DNA from: Vicugna vicugna
Lineage: Eukaryota
Assembly (NCBI GenBank): GCA_013265495.1
Contig: MU062380.1
Span: 6,762,542-6,826,541 of the forward strand
Direction of reading: 5' to 3'
DNA: 64,000 nucleotides
In this document: in pieces, positions 25,730-37,655 of the stretch
How positions within the stretch are numbered: position 1 is the stretch's first letter
How the letters are laid out: every line of letters starts with the position of its first letter
The notes under the pieces: generated by a model
What the model saw: the letters and a program-made list of their open reading frames with translations, nothing else
The model's database searches: none
Told to the model about the DNA's origin: nothing
Program-made: the position numbers and the translations under genes

Positions 25730-26080
25730 GCTATAATCAGTCTAGATACCGATCAATAGAAGAATGCTTGAACATGATTTGGTATTTTCATATTATGAAC
25801 TGTTTCGCAGTCACTGATAACAGTAAGTTAGATCTGAATCTGTTAGTATTGAAAAATGTCCATGATGCATTGTTAAGTCACAGAGTCCTTTATATAGTGT
25901 GGCCCCACTTTGTAAACATGACCCCCACAATAGGTAGATAGGTTTATATGAGCGTGGAGGTGTATGAGAACAGACATACATCCAGGCTATTAAAATTGGT
26001 TGCCTCAGGAGGGTACCAATGGGGGAGGCAGGCAAAGTTGGGTAGAGATTATGAAACTTTATCAAGTTAACAAAGAAAAT
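25730..26080 (+). mobile_element. Old L1M (L1ME-like) 3' UTR fragment
   Basis: gatcaatagaagaatgcttgaac...tggtattttcatattatgaac...aaaatgtccatgatgcattgttaagt...ggttgcctcaggag. Confidence 0.65.
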
Positions 26081-26274
26081 AAAGATAGGCAAAAGCACAA
26101 AGATAAAGGAAATAAAAGGCATAATTACATAAGTATATCATTAGTTTTAAACAGATAAAACCATTTAATAAGCTATATATAAATTATATGCCAATCAAAA
26201 TATAAGAAACATTGATTTAATATATTTATATGATAATAATCATAGATTTTATAACTTGAATCTGACATGTAAGT

Positions 26275-26470
26275 AATATTATTAATTGCTAACTGCAATT
26301 TTTTGTAGTTCAAGTACTGTGCTCAGCATTTCATACGGATTGGCTTTTTTCTACCCAGAGCAACCCTAGGAGCAACCCAGGAGGCAGCTGCTATTAATCA
26401 ACTCAATTTAGCAATGAGAAGACCATGGATCAGTGAGATTGAAGCAGTTGCTCATAATCCTGCCGTCTAA
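26275..26470 (-). mobile_element. MIR SINE
   Basis: gtactgtgctcagcatttcatac...agcaaccc...gcaatgagaagacc...gattgaagcagttgctca (antisense MIR). Confidence 0.7.
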
Positions 26471-26917
26471 ATCTAAAAAGCCCTTATTCTCAGCAAAGGG
26501 TTCCTCTCATGCAAAGTGTGTGGTGGTGCCCTAAAAATGCTCCAAGTATATAGAGTTTCACACATGGGAAAGCCAGTGACTTACAGAATACTGAACCAGC
26601 AACCCACAGTTTATGACAAAGTTTCCATCTTCTAATTAAACATTTGCCTGTGTGTGAATCCAGATCATGACATTGCATAAGGTTATCCAGGTATGACTAT
26701 TTTCCTTGCTTGTCAAAATATTTCTCCTAATCCTGATTACTCTGTTTATCACAAATATTTTTAATTGTGGTGATTCTCATGTCTTCTACCTCTGGTGGGT
26801 TTTTTTTTTTTTTTCCTTCTATACCCTCTGACTTCCTTTAAAGGATTCTTAAGTACCATTTCCAGTTGGACCAATTTTTATTTCCTTTCCAAATGTGTAC
26901 TCGATCCCAAGAGACTT

Positions 26918-27670
26918 TGATCTGAACAATCTTCTAGAAGATGCAAGTGACATCATATCATCTCTACTTGGAACTCATCATAGTCTTCCCATAGCTTTTA
27001 AAATAAAATCCAAATTCCCTTCCCTGCCTGCAAAGGCCACACATGATCTGACCTTTTCTTCCTCTTCTTTTTTATTATTGAAGTACAGTTGGTTTACAAT
27101 GTTGTGTTAGTTTTTGGTGTATAGCGTAGTGATTCAGTTATACATATATGTATATATTTATATATTCTATTTCATATTCTTTTTTATTGTAGGTTATTAC
27201 AAGCCATTGAATATAGTTTTCTGTGCTATACAGTAGGACCTTATTGTTTATCTGTTTTGTATATAGTAGTTTGTATCTGCTAATCCCAAACTCCCAATTT
27301 ATCTCTCTCCCCACTTTTTCCCCGTTGATAACCATAAGTTTGTTTTCTATGTTTGTGAGTCTGTTTCTGTTTTGTAAATAAGTTCATTTGTGTCATTTTT
27401 TTTAGATTTTACATGTAAGTGATATATGATATTTGTCTTTTTCTGTGTCTGACAGTATGATAATCTCTAGGTTCATCCATGTTGCTGCAAATGTGATCTA
27501 GCCTTTTCTTAATTTCCAAAAACATATACTTTATTCTCCATGACTCAGATGAGCTGGACTCACTTGTTGAAATACTCATATCTGGATCTCTGAGTCTGGG
27601 TCCTTCTTGTCTTTTTCACCTTCTTAGGGAGGTTTCTCTGGCCCCCTAATCACTTTCTATCTGAACAGTC
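26918..27670 (+). mobile_element. L2 fragment split by a younger L1
   Basis: cttctagaagatgcaagtgacatc...cttcccatagcttttaaaataaaatccaaa...aaaggccacacatgatct; resumes after 27510. Confidence 0.65.
27061..27493 (-). mobile_element. 5'-truncated artiodactyl-type L1 3' end
   Basis: attgaagtacagttggtttacaatgttgtgttag...ctgtgctatacagtaggacc...catccatgttgctgcaaat; 17-bp TSD TGATCTGACCTTTTCTT (27044-27060) vs TGATCTAGCCTTTTCTT (27494-27510). Confidence 0.93.
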
Positions 27671-27909
27671 TGTTTTACTTCCAGTATGAAACTGAGAACA
27701 TTTAAGGACATATCCTTGGTTAGATCAATTAAAACTGATCATCTTTTTTATTTATAATTACCATAGCAATTAAATGTATAGTCAATCATACAATTAAATT
27801 GTTCACTGCTGGTGACTTTTACATCTTTAAACTCTACTTTATGTAATAGCAACATTTGGAATGCCTGCAATGCACAAATGCTCTTCTCAGTAAGAATGAA
27901 CTCAGTCTA

Positions 27910-28075
27910 AGCAATCACTGATAGTAAAAAGAACAGACCAGGCTTAAGTCCTGCTGCGTGTGTTACTTCTGCTACCTACACATTATGTGACCTTGACCAA
28001 GGTTAATTTAACTTGGTCAAATTCAATTCAGTCAGCTGTAAAATTAAATTGATACTATTTATCTTATGGCTACAT
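27910..28075 (+). mobile_element. MIR SINE fragment
   Basis: tatgtgaccttgaccaagg...cagctgtaaaattaaattgatactatttatc. Confidence 0.65.
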
Positions 28076-28169
28076 CTACCATACAGACTAGGTGAGGTGG
28101 TCCTCTAATTGAGGGGGTGGGGAGGTTCTCATGTCAACCTTACAACTGTACCTGACAATTATTTATTGC

Positions 28170-28360
28170 TGTAATTAGTTTAGTTTTTTGTCCATACCAA
28201 TAGACTGAAAGTCTCAAGACAACAGGGTTGCTATCTATCTGGTAAGTTTATGAATCTTCACCATTTAATTCAGTGCGAATGAGTGGCAACTGAAATGCAG
28301 TCTCAATGAATGAAAATGGAAGACACTTGATAAATATTTATTGAGTTAATTAATTTCTTT
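28170..28360 (+). mobile_element. L2 3'-end fragment
   Basis: ccaatagactgaaagtctcaagacaacaggg...cacttgataaatatttattgagtt. Confidence 0.65.
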
Positions 28361-31324
28361 AGTTCTTATAAGGATCAAATGTTATGAATTCTAAAGTGCA
28401 CTACAAGTGTATAGTATTAAATCATTCTCTATACTGTTGTAACCTCTTCTCGTTCTTCTTCATACCCACAGAAGGAACACCACCCCTAGTGTGAGTGGGT
28501 AACGAGAAAAATATTTTTTTGTGGAAAACCCTATTGTTGTGACTATGAAAAGGCCTCCCCAAGTTAGTGACTCAGCACCATCTGGTTGTCTAATTTCATA
28601 TAGTCCCTTGAAAGAAATATCACATCAGCCACCAGGAGCAATTCACTAACCTGGCCACTCACCCAGAACTGGGTCTGATGGTGGGACCTCTAGGTTGACT
28701 CCATAGACATGAGCCTCGGTGCTCTTTATGACATGTGGTTAACCCTACACAGAGCAGAGGTTTAGAGGGCACTGTGGATGGGAGAAACAGCTCTGGCTGT
28801 TTTTAGACCTAAGACAGAAACAAAAGTTATCATAAAGGCCCTCCAAAGTTTAGCACCCTCACCCCAGGCACAGATTTCTGCTTTCTGGGGCTTGGGGTGG
28901 AAGAGCAAGTGGTGTTGACACCTGAGGCATGACTCTCAGAGAGATGTGCTAAACTGAGTTGCTGGCTCTAATTCTGGCTCCCAATTAACTGGTTATTTTC
29001 AAGCCAACTGCATTCCCTGTTTTCTTATTGGTTAAAAGGGACTACTGGTATTTTTCTAATATATAAGTATTGTGTGTGTTTTATAGATACACATATTCTT
29101 TATGAAGAAGAAAGAGTACTACAAATTTCAAATATTATTAGCAGCCACAGAAATCATGAAAATAAAAGAGGTAAATGGGCTATGACTTTGAAGAGAATGT
29201 AGGATAGTGGCCAATAAATTCAATAGTAAGACTGCGTGTGGTAGGGGAAATAGTATTTGAACTGGTAGGGTGAAGAAAGGAGGAATACCAGGTAAAAGGT
29301 TTAGAGTTGTTTTCTTCATGGTAGTACTAGTAGATAAGACAAATTATGTTGATGGCTGTCTTAAAATACAGGGCTCAAGAGTTGGGTTGTATTTAATATC
29401 TGTGGAGAAGTTATTGAACGTGGAACTGATTGACAAAAAATGTTTTAGAAAAATTGATTTAGCATTAAATGATGGATTATATAAATATTTATAGGTGCTA
29501 ATTGACCCCATAGAGGCATCTTTGAAATGTGTTCTTCTTCAATTTCCTCTAAGTTTTATTTTGGCATCAGTTAAAATATGTAATCTGGAAATATCTGGAC
29601 ATATAAATCAAAACACTGCTCTTGTTAGTTTAATACAAGAACTGCAATCAGAAAAAAAATTCTTAAAGACATTGACTGATGGCATAGAAATGTTCTTGCT
29701 TTGCATGAATCCAAAGACCCATTAACAGAAAAAAATACAGTTCTCATGAAGTATTTGTGTAGTTTCAAGGATAAAACTCCAATCCCAGTGCAATATCCTG
29801 ATGTAAGAGGTGGTGTTGTTACTCTTTGTTTTGTCTTTTGTTTTTGAAACATCAGATCAAGCTCTGGTGAGGCCTGTGAAAAGAAAATGTTTTGTCATTG
29901 TAGTAGGAAGGAATTCTTTTTCATCACGTATTTTATCCAAAATGAGAGACACGATATATTTTGTATTTGAGGAACCAGGTAATTAGATGCAAGAATAGCT
30001 CATCATTCAGTATTTAAAATTAATCTCCCCAGTGGGTGTTTTACCTCATTATGATTGTATTTATCAGAATTCGGAGTATTTCTTATAAGGAATTGATAAG
30101 ACACACTGCATTTAATGGCAGCACCTCTCCAACTTGCAGATTGTGTTCCAGAAGTTTGTTGGCAAGCATTATTCTAATTATTCTAAAGTTCTGAAGAGTA
30201 AATCCTGTTATATTAGTAGCAAAACTTCCTGAATATTAATGAACTAAGTGTATTGTTGCAGTCAGATAAAAATTTAAAAAGTGAATTTATACATAGTAAA
30301 AATATGTAGAATAATTATTGTCTTATAAAGAAAGTAGTCATAAATAAACAGTACACATAAATGTCTACATTTTGAAGTATTTTAAAGAAAATGAGACTTT
30401 AGCATATAGAATAGCGTGTTGGGATTTTACTCCTGAAAACACTAGAGGATTTGGTGAGCAAAGAAATAACCTGGAATGCTCCCAAAGTAAATTTGTTCTT
30501 TACATTCAGTTTCTTTTCAGTATTTAATTTCAGGATATTATGAACCTCAACTTTAAAAGTTAAGAAAACACCTTAAAAATATTACAAATGAAATCTACCA
30601 TTAAGCACTGTTGTTATTATAAATAACAAAAATGCTTATGATAAAAAGGGAAGAGAAAAAGGGAAAGATGCAACATTTTATGTCTACTGTGATATTCACA
30701 ATGTGAAACAAAAACCAAACTTGTGCAAAAAACAAAAAAATCCTTACAGGAGCAATAGTAAGTGTTAGTAGTGTTTAGCATTCATGGTAGGACTAAGAGT
30801 TTTTATTTGGTTTAGGTGTATTATAAATTTCCTAAACTTGATGCATTTATCTTTTAAAAATATTTTTAAATTGTTTTTTAATGATGAAAGCTTTATTTTA
30901 ATTTTTAGATTTCTTTTTTTCAAATGCTGTCCTAGCAACAAACAGCAACCCAAAACCATTCAGCTTGGAACACAGTTTAGAGTTCTTTTCCCCAACAGTG
31001 GTTCAAATAGCTTCCCTTTCTTCTCTCAGTAATAGTGTAATGATGATCATGATAGTGATGATAGGCAAGGAAGACAAAGTAGCATGAATTTCGAAAGCAT
31101 AACATGCATTTCAAAGCAATTTTCACATAAATTTACTCATTCATTTCTTGTGATACCAACTCTGTGAAGTAGATGACTTATTTACCAGAGGGAGTCATCC
31201 ATTTTTGTGGCTGTGCCTGAGGCAGGAGAAGGATTAAGGGAGCTATACAACTGGCAGGGGCAGCATCTTGCATCTTGGCTGAACCATTATTTATTCAGCT
31301 GTGGAGTACACACAACACAATCTT

Positions 31325-31407
31325 ATATAACGGACTTGAGCGTCCAAGGATTTGGTATCCGAGAGGGGTCCTTGAACCAATTCCCCATGGATACCAAGGG
31401 ATGATTG
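31325..31407 (-). mobile_element. MER2 (TcMar-Tigger) 5' terminal fragment
   Basis: Reverse complement caatcatcccttggtatccatggggaattggttcaaggacccc...gataccaaatcc...gctcaagtcc matches the MER2 terminus; flanked by TA. Confidence 0.85.
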
Positions 31408-32994
31408 TATAGACATCACCACTTCCTGTTTCTCAGAACTTCCACTGATAGCAGTCATAGAAGAGCTCAACTTGTGACCTTCCAGTACTCAAGTCTACAT
31501 CAGTTGCAAAGCCTGTGGAGAAATTTGTAGGCTGATTGTAGTTTGGGTGACACCAAAAATGCATCAGTAAATGAAATGTTAATAGTATAGTGGCTTTGAA
31601 AAGTAAAAAGTGATTGCCAACAACAAGAATTTTCTGGTCTTCCTCTCTTGTTGTATTTTTGTTCTTGTTTTTTTTGAGAAAGTTTGTATAATCCAGGGAT
31701 AATAGATCAAAATATGACCAGAAATCTATTAGCTAAAGATCAGATGAGCAGAGTTTTGTTTTTATCTCTATGGTGACTTCTTTGGTGACATGGAGTCAGA
31801 CACTTAACATCCTCCTATCTCAATTCACCTCGAAAAAAGTGTGCTTAATTGTCAAGCTTATTAAGACTCTTAGAAGGTAGATACCAGGTGCCAAGTGGCA
31901 TTATACCCATGGAATGACAAATGCCTACCAGTTTCCTAAAAGCTTTTCATGAAAATCAAATCCCTCCATACAAAGAATAAGTTCTCTTGAATGCAATACA
32001 AGACTAGCTTCTTACTTTATTACAACTTAATATAGTTTATTGAAAATGACTAGGAAACTATTGCTATCATCAGCAGAATAGAGAAATTTTCATTGTCCTA
32101 CAATTCATCAACCATTTATTTTAAAGTGATCATAAGTGAATTCCACAGTCCAATCTCTTTACTGCTGACCAATCTTACCATATAATTTGAATACTATATA
32201 GATGACAGTTTCTTTCATATACAACATTAAAGATAAAACATTGAACTAGACATTAAGTGGAGGATCCTGAAAAGGTCACTATAATAAAATGTGAGTCTTC
32301 TCTCTTGTTTTGTGTCACCACACTCTGGGATTCTTAAGAGGTTTGCAGATACTGTCTTTGAACATGTTGGCCTACTCCATCCAGAATGTTCTTCTTCATC
32401 ATCTTTAATATATGAGAAACCAATTCAAAGTCAACTACTCCACAAGACCTCAATATTGATTATACAATCTTGTTTAAGAGTGTGTGATAATCCAGGTGAT
32501 GTTTATCCAGTTTATAGGAATCCCTTTTTCTACAATATTCAGAATTGTTCAACACAAATTCCTTTTAGCGGAAGAAATTCAGAAGTCATCCTCAACATTT
32601 CTGAAAATATCTGGAGTGTTACCTGGAGAAAACATGGGGAGAATTGGGGAAATTATATGTTTCTGGTAACTTTTTTTCCCAATATTTTATTATAGTAAAG
32701 TACATGTAACATAAAATTTACTTTCTTAACCACTCTAAGTCTACAGTTCAGTCATACTAAGTACATTTATATTATGCAGCTGTCACCATCATCCATATTT
32801 GGAACTCTTTTGTTTTGTAAAACTGAAACTCTAAACTCCTCCTCCCCCAGCTCTTGGCAACAGCCTTCTGTGTTCTGTCTCAATGATTTTGACTACTCTA
32901 AGTGCCTAACATAAGTGGAATCATATAGCATTTGTCTTTTGGTGACTGGTTTATTTCACCTAGCATAATATCTTCAAGTTTCATGTTTTTAGGA

Positions 32995-33143
32995 NNNNNN
33001 NNNNNNNNNNNNNNNNNNNNNNNNNNNNNNNNNNNNNNNNNNNNNNNNNNNNNNNNNNNNNNNNNNNNNNNNNNNNNNNNNNNNNNNNNNNNNNNNNNNN
33101 NNNNNNNNNNNNNNNNNNNNNNNNNNNNNNNNNNNNNNNNNNN
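32995..33143. other. N run (149 bp) inside L1
   Basis: Direct observation. Confidence 0.98.
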
Positions 33144-33242
33144 AACATCTCTTCGAGGCTTTGCTTTCAACTTTGGGGGGTATATCCCCAAATCATATGG
33201 TAATTCTATTTTTAATTTTTAAATAAGTTGCCATTCTGTTTT

Positions 33243-33396
33243 NNNNNNNNNNNNNNNNNNNNNNNNNNNNNNNNNNNNNNNNNNNNNNNNNNNNNNNNNN
33301 NNNNNNNNNNNNNNNNNNNNNNNNNNNNNNNNNNNNNNNNNNNNNNNNNNNNNNNNNNNNNNNNNNNNNNNNNNNNNNNNNNNNNNNNNNNNNNNN
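33243..33396. other. N run (154 bp) inside L1
   Basis: Direct observation. Confidence 0.98.
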
Positions 33397-33990
33397 GATA
33401 TTCAGCATCATGTCATACGCTTATTGTTCATTTGTATACCTTCTTTGGAGTATTATCTATTCATGCCCTTTGCCCATTTCTGAACTGGGTCATATATCTT
33501 TGTTGTTGTCAAGTTTTAGGAGTGCTCTATATATTTTAGATATTCATCCCTTATCAGATATATGATTTGTAAATATTTTATCCCATTGTGTGGGTTGCTT
33601 TTTTACTCTATTGATAGTACTTTTTGATGTATGAATTTAAACAATTATGAAGTTCAATTTGTCTATTTTTTCTTTTATGTAGGCCTTTGTTGTCTTATCT
33701 AAGAAATCATTACCAAATCTGATGTGAAGCTTTTACTCTTTCTTTGAAGAGTTTTATAGTTTTACATCTTACATTTAGGTCATGGATCCATTTTGACTTA
33801 ATTTTTATATATGGTGTTAGGTAAGTGTCCACCCCTATTCATTCACATGTGGATATCCAGTTTTCTTAGCACCCTTTTTTTAAGACAGTTTTGTTTGTTT
33901 GTTTTCCCATTGAATAGCTTTGCATCCTTGTCAAAATCGTTTGATCTATATGTAAAGATTTGTTTCTGGACCCTCTATTTCATTGAGCTG

Positions 33991-34167
33991 NNNNNNNNNN
34001 NNNNNNNNNNNNNNNNNNNNNNNNNNNNNNNNNNNNNNNNNNNNNNNNNNNNNNNNNNNNNNNNNNNNNNNNNNNNNNNNNNNNNNNNNNNNNNNNNNNN
34101 NNNNNNNNNNNNNNNNNNNNNNNNNNNNNNNNNNNNNNNNNNNNNNNNNNNNNNNNNNNNNNNNNNN
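33991..34167. other. N run (177 bp) inside L1
   Basis: Direct observation. Confidence 0.98.
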
Positions 34168-34359
34168 TATATCTGCAAATAATGCCATTGGGATTTTGAT
34201 AGGGATTGCATAAAATCTGCAGATTGCTTTGGATAGTATTGACATGTTAACAGCATTAAGTCTTCCAGTCCCTGAACGTGAAATGTCTTTCCATTTATTT
34301 TTATCTTCTTTAATTTGTTTCAGAAATGTTTTGTGTTTTTCATTGTTCAAGTCTTTCAC
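34168..34359 (-). pseudogene. Decayed L1 ORF2p remnant (post-RT region)
   Basis: KDLNNEKHKTFLKQIKEDKNKWKDISRSGTGRLNAVNMSILSKAICRFYAIPIKIP aligns by eye to L1 ORF2 KDLYxENYKTLLKEIKEDxNKWKDIPCSWIGRxNIVKMxILPKAIYRFNAIPIKIP. Confidence 0.92.
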
Positions 34360-36303
34360 CTTCTTGGTTAAGATATTTTTAAGAATTTTATTCTTTCTGA
34401 TGCTCTTGTAAATTGTATTCTTAATTATATTCTTAATTTTCTTTTTGGGTTGTTCATTAGTGAAGAGAAATGCATTAATTTTTATCTTTCTACTTTGCTG
34501 AATTCATTTATTAGTTCTAATTTTTTTTTTGGTGAAATCTTTAGGATTTTCTGCATATAAGATCATATCATTATCAAACAGAATTTTATGTCTTCCTATT
34601 TTGGATGCTTTTTTTGTCTGTTTTTCTTATCTAAGTGCTCTGGCTACAACTTCCAGTACTGTGTTGAGTTAAGGTGGCTAAAGCATGTATCCTTGCATTC
34701 TTCCTGATTTTAGAGGAAAAGTTTTCAGTCTTTCATCATGAAATACGGTGTTTGTGGTAGGTTTTTCATATGTGGCTATATTATATAGGTACTTTCCTAT
34801 TCATAATTGTTAAATATTCTTATCATGAAAAATTATGTTTTGTCAAATGCCTTTTCTGAGTATGTATTTGTTGGTGGGTAAAGTGTTCTGTATATGTCTA
34901 TTAGATCTATTTGATTTGTTTTATTATGTCTTCTTTGTTACTAATCTTCTGTATGATTTTTGTATACAGTAATGAAAGTGGGATATTGAAGTCTCCAACT
35001 ATTATTGCAGAAGTTTTCATTTTTCTTTGTTTCTGTTAATTTTTGCTTCATATATTTTGAAAGTCTGTTATTAGGTTTGTAAATGTTTATTATATCTTTT
35101 TGCTGTTTTGAAACTTTTATTAATGTATAATACCCTCTTTTTGTCTTGGAACCTTTTTTGATTTGGAATCTATTTTGTTTGATGTTAGTGTAGCCACCTC
35201 TGTTGGCCTTTATTTACTGTTTGCATGGAGTATCACTTTCCACCCTTTTACTTTCAACCAATTTGTGTCTTTTGATTTAAAGTGAGTCTTTTATAGATAG
35301 CATATATTTGGGTCATCTTTTTAACCCATTCTGCTGGTCTGCCTTTTGATTGGAGAATTTTTATTATTATTATAGAGTTTCTCTGTGATATTGAGGGGAT
35401 GAATCTGAGGGATTAACTTACATTGTTCTGATGTCTTTTCTGAGCCTGTGTCTTCCTCAAGCATATGCAGTGATTTTCTAATGTCCCTCATATATGTGGT
35501 TGCACTTAAATATCTTAGTCTTCAATGCCTGGCTCCAAAAAGAGGAAAAAATTAGATAAATGAGTCCACTTTAAAATCCTCTCAAATTTACTTCAGCTGG
35601 AGGAGGAGTTTGCAATAACGGGAGGAGGCAGAAGAACAATGGCCTCATCCTCTTTCTCTTCACATCTGTGTTGTGAAGCAATCAGAGCACAGATCTGTGA
35701 CCTTTGGAGCACAGGGTGCTTTTTCCTCACCCTGGCTTCCGCGAGCTGGGTGCAGGCTGTTCCAGCAACACACACACAGCTGCCTGTCAAGCCTGAGGGG
35801 TGGAGAATGGGTAGCTGCTACTGTGTTAAGAGCTGAAATTGACCAAAATTAACCACAGTTAAATTCCAAGCCTTCTTCTGGAAGTTGCAAGCCTTCAATA
35901 GACTCCAGAGTTCCAAAAGAGTTACATCAGCTAGATTCTGCCTGGGCAATTGTTGTCTGGGTGGAGAAGACAGATTTCTGATGCTTCCTATTCCACTTTC
36001 TTCCCAGAATCCTCCTGGCCTTCTGATGGCTTTCATACTAAATTCCTGCTCTTGTTGATTTCTTCACTGTGTATTTGTAGACTCCCTCATTTTAGCTGAT
36101 GGCTCTCTCTGCCCTGTGTTTCCTCAAGCAACTCTTCTATTCCCCAAAATGTACTACAAGTGCAAAAGCTTTATGTAAATAGAGTTTTTAAAAAGGCTAG
36201 ATTATAATAAACAGGCATGGAATATAGGACATAACAAAAACACTTAAAGTTACTTTTTTTTTCATTTTAATTTTCTTTTTTCATTCTCACTTCACTAATT
36301 CTA

Positions 36304-36678
36304 TGTAATAGTTTGGTAGAGCTACCATAACAAAATACCATAGGCTAGGTGTCTTAAAAGTTTATTTTACGGTTCTGGAGGCTGGGAATCTATGAGCAAG
36401 GTGCTGAGGCCTCTCTTCTTGGCTTGCACATGGCTGCCTTCCTGCTCTCTCTTCACCTTATCATCTCTCTGTGTGCACCAGCCCCTGGTGTCTTTTTCTC
36501 TTCTTATATAAGGACTCCAATCATATTGGTTAGGGACCCACTCTAAAAGCCACATTTAAATATAATGCCTTCTTTAAAGGCCCTAATCTCCAAAAATAAT
36601 TACATAATTACATTCTGAGGTATGCGGTTTGGAACTTCAACCTATGAATTTTGGGTGGACACAGTTCAACCCATAACA
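36304..36678 (-). mobile_element. MaLR solo LTR (MLT1A/B-like)
   Basis: tgtaatagtt...ccataacaaaataccatagg...gttctggaggctggga...gacacagttcaacccataaca; 5-bp TSD TTCTA vs ATCTA. Confidence 0.9.
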
Positions 36679-37534
36679 ATCTATTTCCCCTAAGATCCCA
36701 GACTACCTGTAAGTTTCTCCTGTGACCTTTTCCTCATCATTTTCTCTAGATCCCTGTGCTGCTCCATAAAACTCTTGGTCATTGTAGAGCTGCTAGAGGG
36801 CAAGCCCATGTCCCTGTATGTCATTACTTCTTGATCTCCCTTATTTTGATAGACTTACCAGGGTGGGGAGAGGGAATACAACCAGAGAGTTCCAGAAAAA
36901 TATTTGCCAGAATGTGAGAGTAATTTTCTCCTTGGAAAGAGTGCCTCTATCCTTGTGGTTCAAATTGCAGCCAGTGTTGTAAATAATATTTTTCTTCCAA
37001 CTGCTCTGTGTGTATCGCATCCAGAGCTTTATTAAAATTATTTGCTGCATCTGTCTGCCTCAACCTGTAGGTCGTAAGGTCTTTGTAGGCAAGGCTCTGT
37101 CTTTATTATTGTATTCCACATAACCTTTAAGTGAAAACCTTCAAATCATAGGATCTATCTTCTTTTTCCCAGCTATCTTCTTTATGTTCATGGAAAAGCT
37201 GTGAATTTCCTTCAGTGTTAAAGACTTTATAAAATTATTTCTTCTTCAAAACTTCAGGCTAAATTTTACACATTAGATCTTAAGCTTTCTTCTTGAATTT
37301 GTCCTTAAACACTACCTATGTACTTCCGTTAGCACATATTACTTTATATCGAGTTCTAGAATGGTTTTTGTTAATCTTATAGCTACCTAGGTTTATCAAA
37401 AAAAAAAGCGTTCTTTTCTGATGAGGTAAAATTCTAGTTGGCCATGAATTTATGTTTCATCTTTTAAAATACCACCTGTTTTTGAAATTTAGGGAAGATT
37501 TGTGGCCAACCTTGGATGATTTTTTTCAATTAAA

Positions 37535-37655
37535 TCATATATAGAGATATACACATAAACATATTTACCTACATGTGTATACATATAACATGGATATGTG
37601 AATGCATATATGTGTGTATATACACACATACATACAATTATACATATATATTACA
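37535..37655. repeat. Degenerate (TA/CA/TG) low-complexity tract
   Basis: Long, mostly purine-pyrimidine alternating run. Confidence 0.8.

Larger units (their letters stand above)
32674..36020 (-). mobile_element. L1MB-like LINE with both termini but large internal deletions
   Basis: 3' end at 32674, ORF2 C-terminal/RT part to ~34858, endonuclease part ~34862-35368, 5' UTR ~35385-36016. Degenerate TSD TTCTGGTAACTTT (32661-32673) vs TTCTGATGGCTTT (36021-36033). Confidence 0.88.

Noticed and set aside
29270-29795. Two abutting same-frame ORFs separated by one TAG, plus a GAT|GTAAGA donor
   Set aside because: No recognisable domain and no convincing acceptor in the frame ending at the donor; probably old repeat or chance.
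32898-34256. ORFs containing X runs
   Set aside because: Artefacts of translating through N runs inside L1.
20798-36678. Two MLT1A/B LTRs as the ends of one provirus
   Set aside because: Opposite orientations, 15 kb apart, and no internal MaLR sequence; independent solo LTRs.
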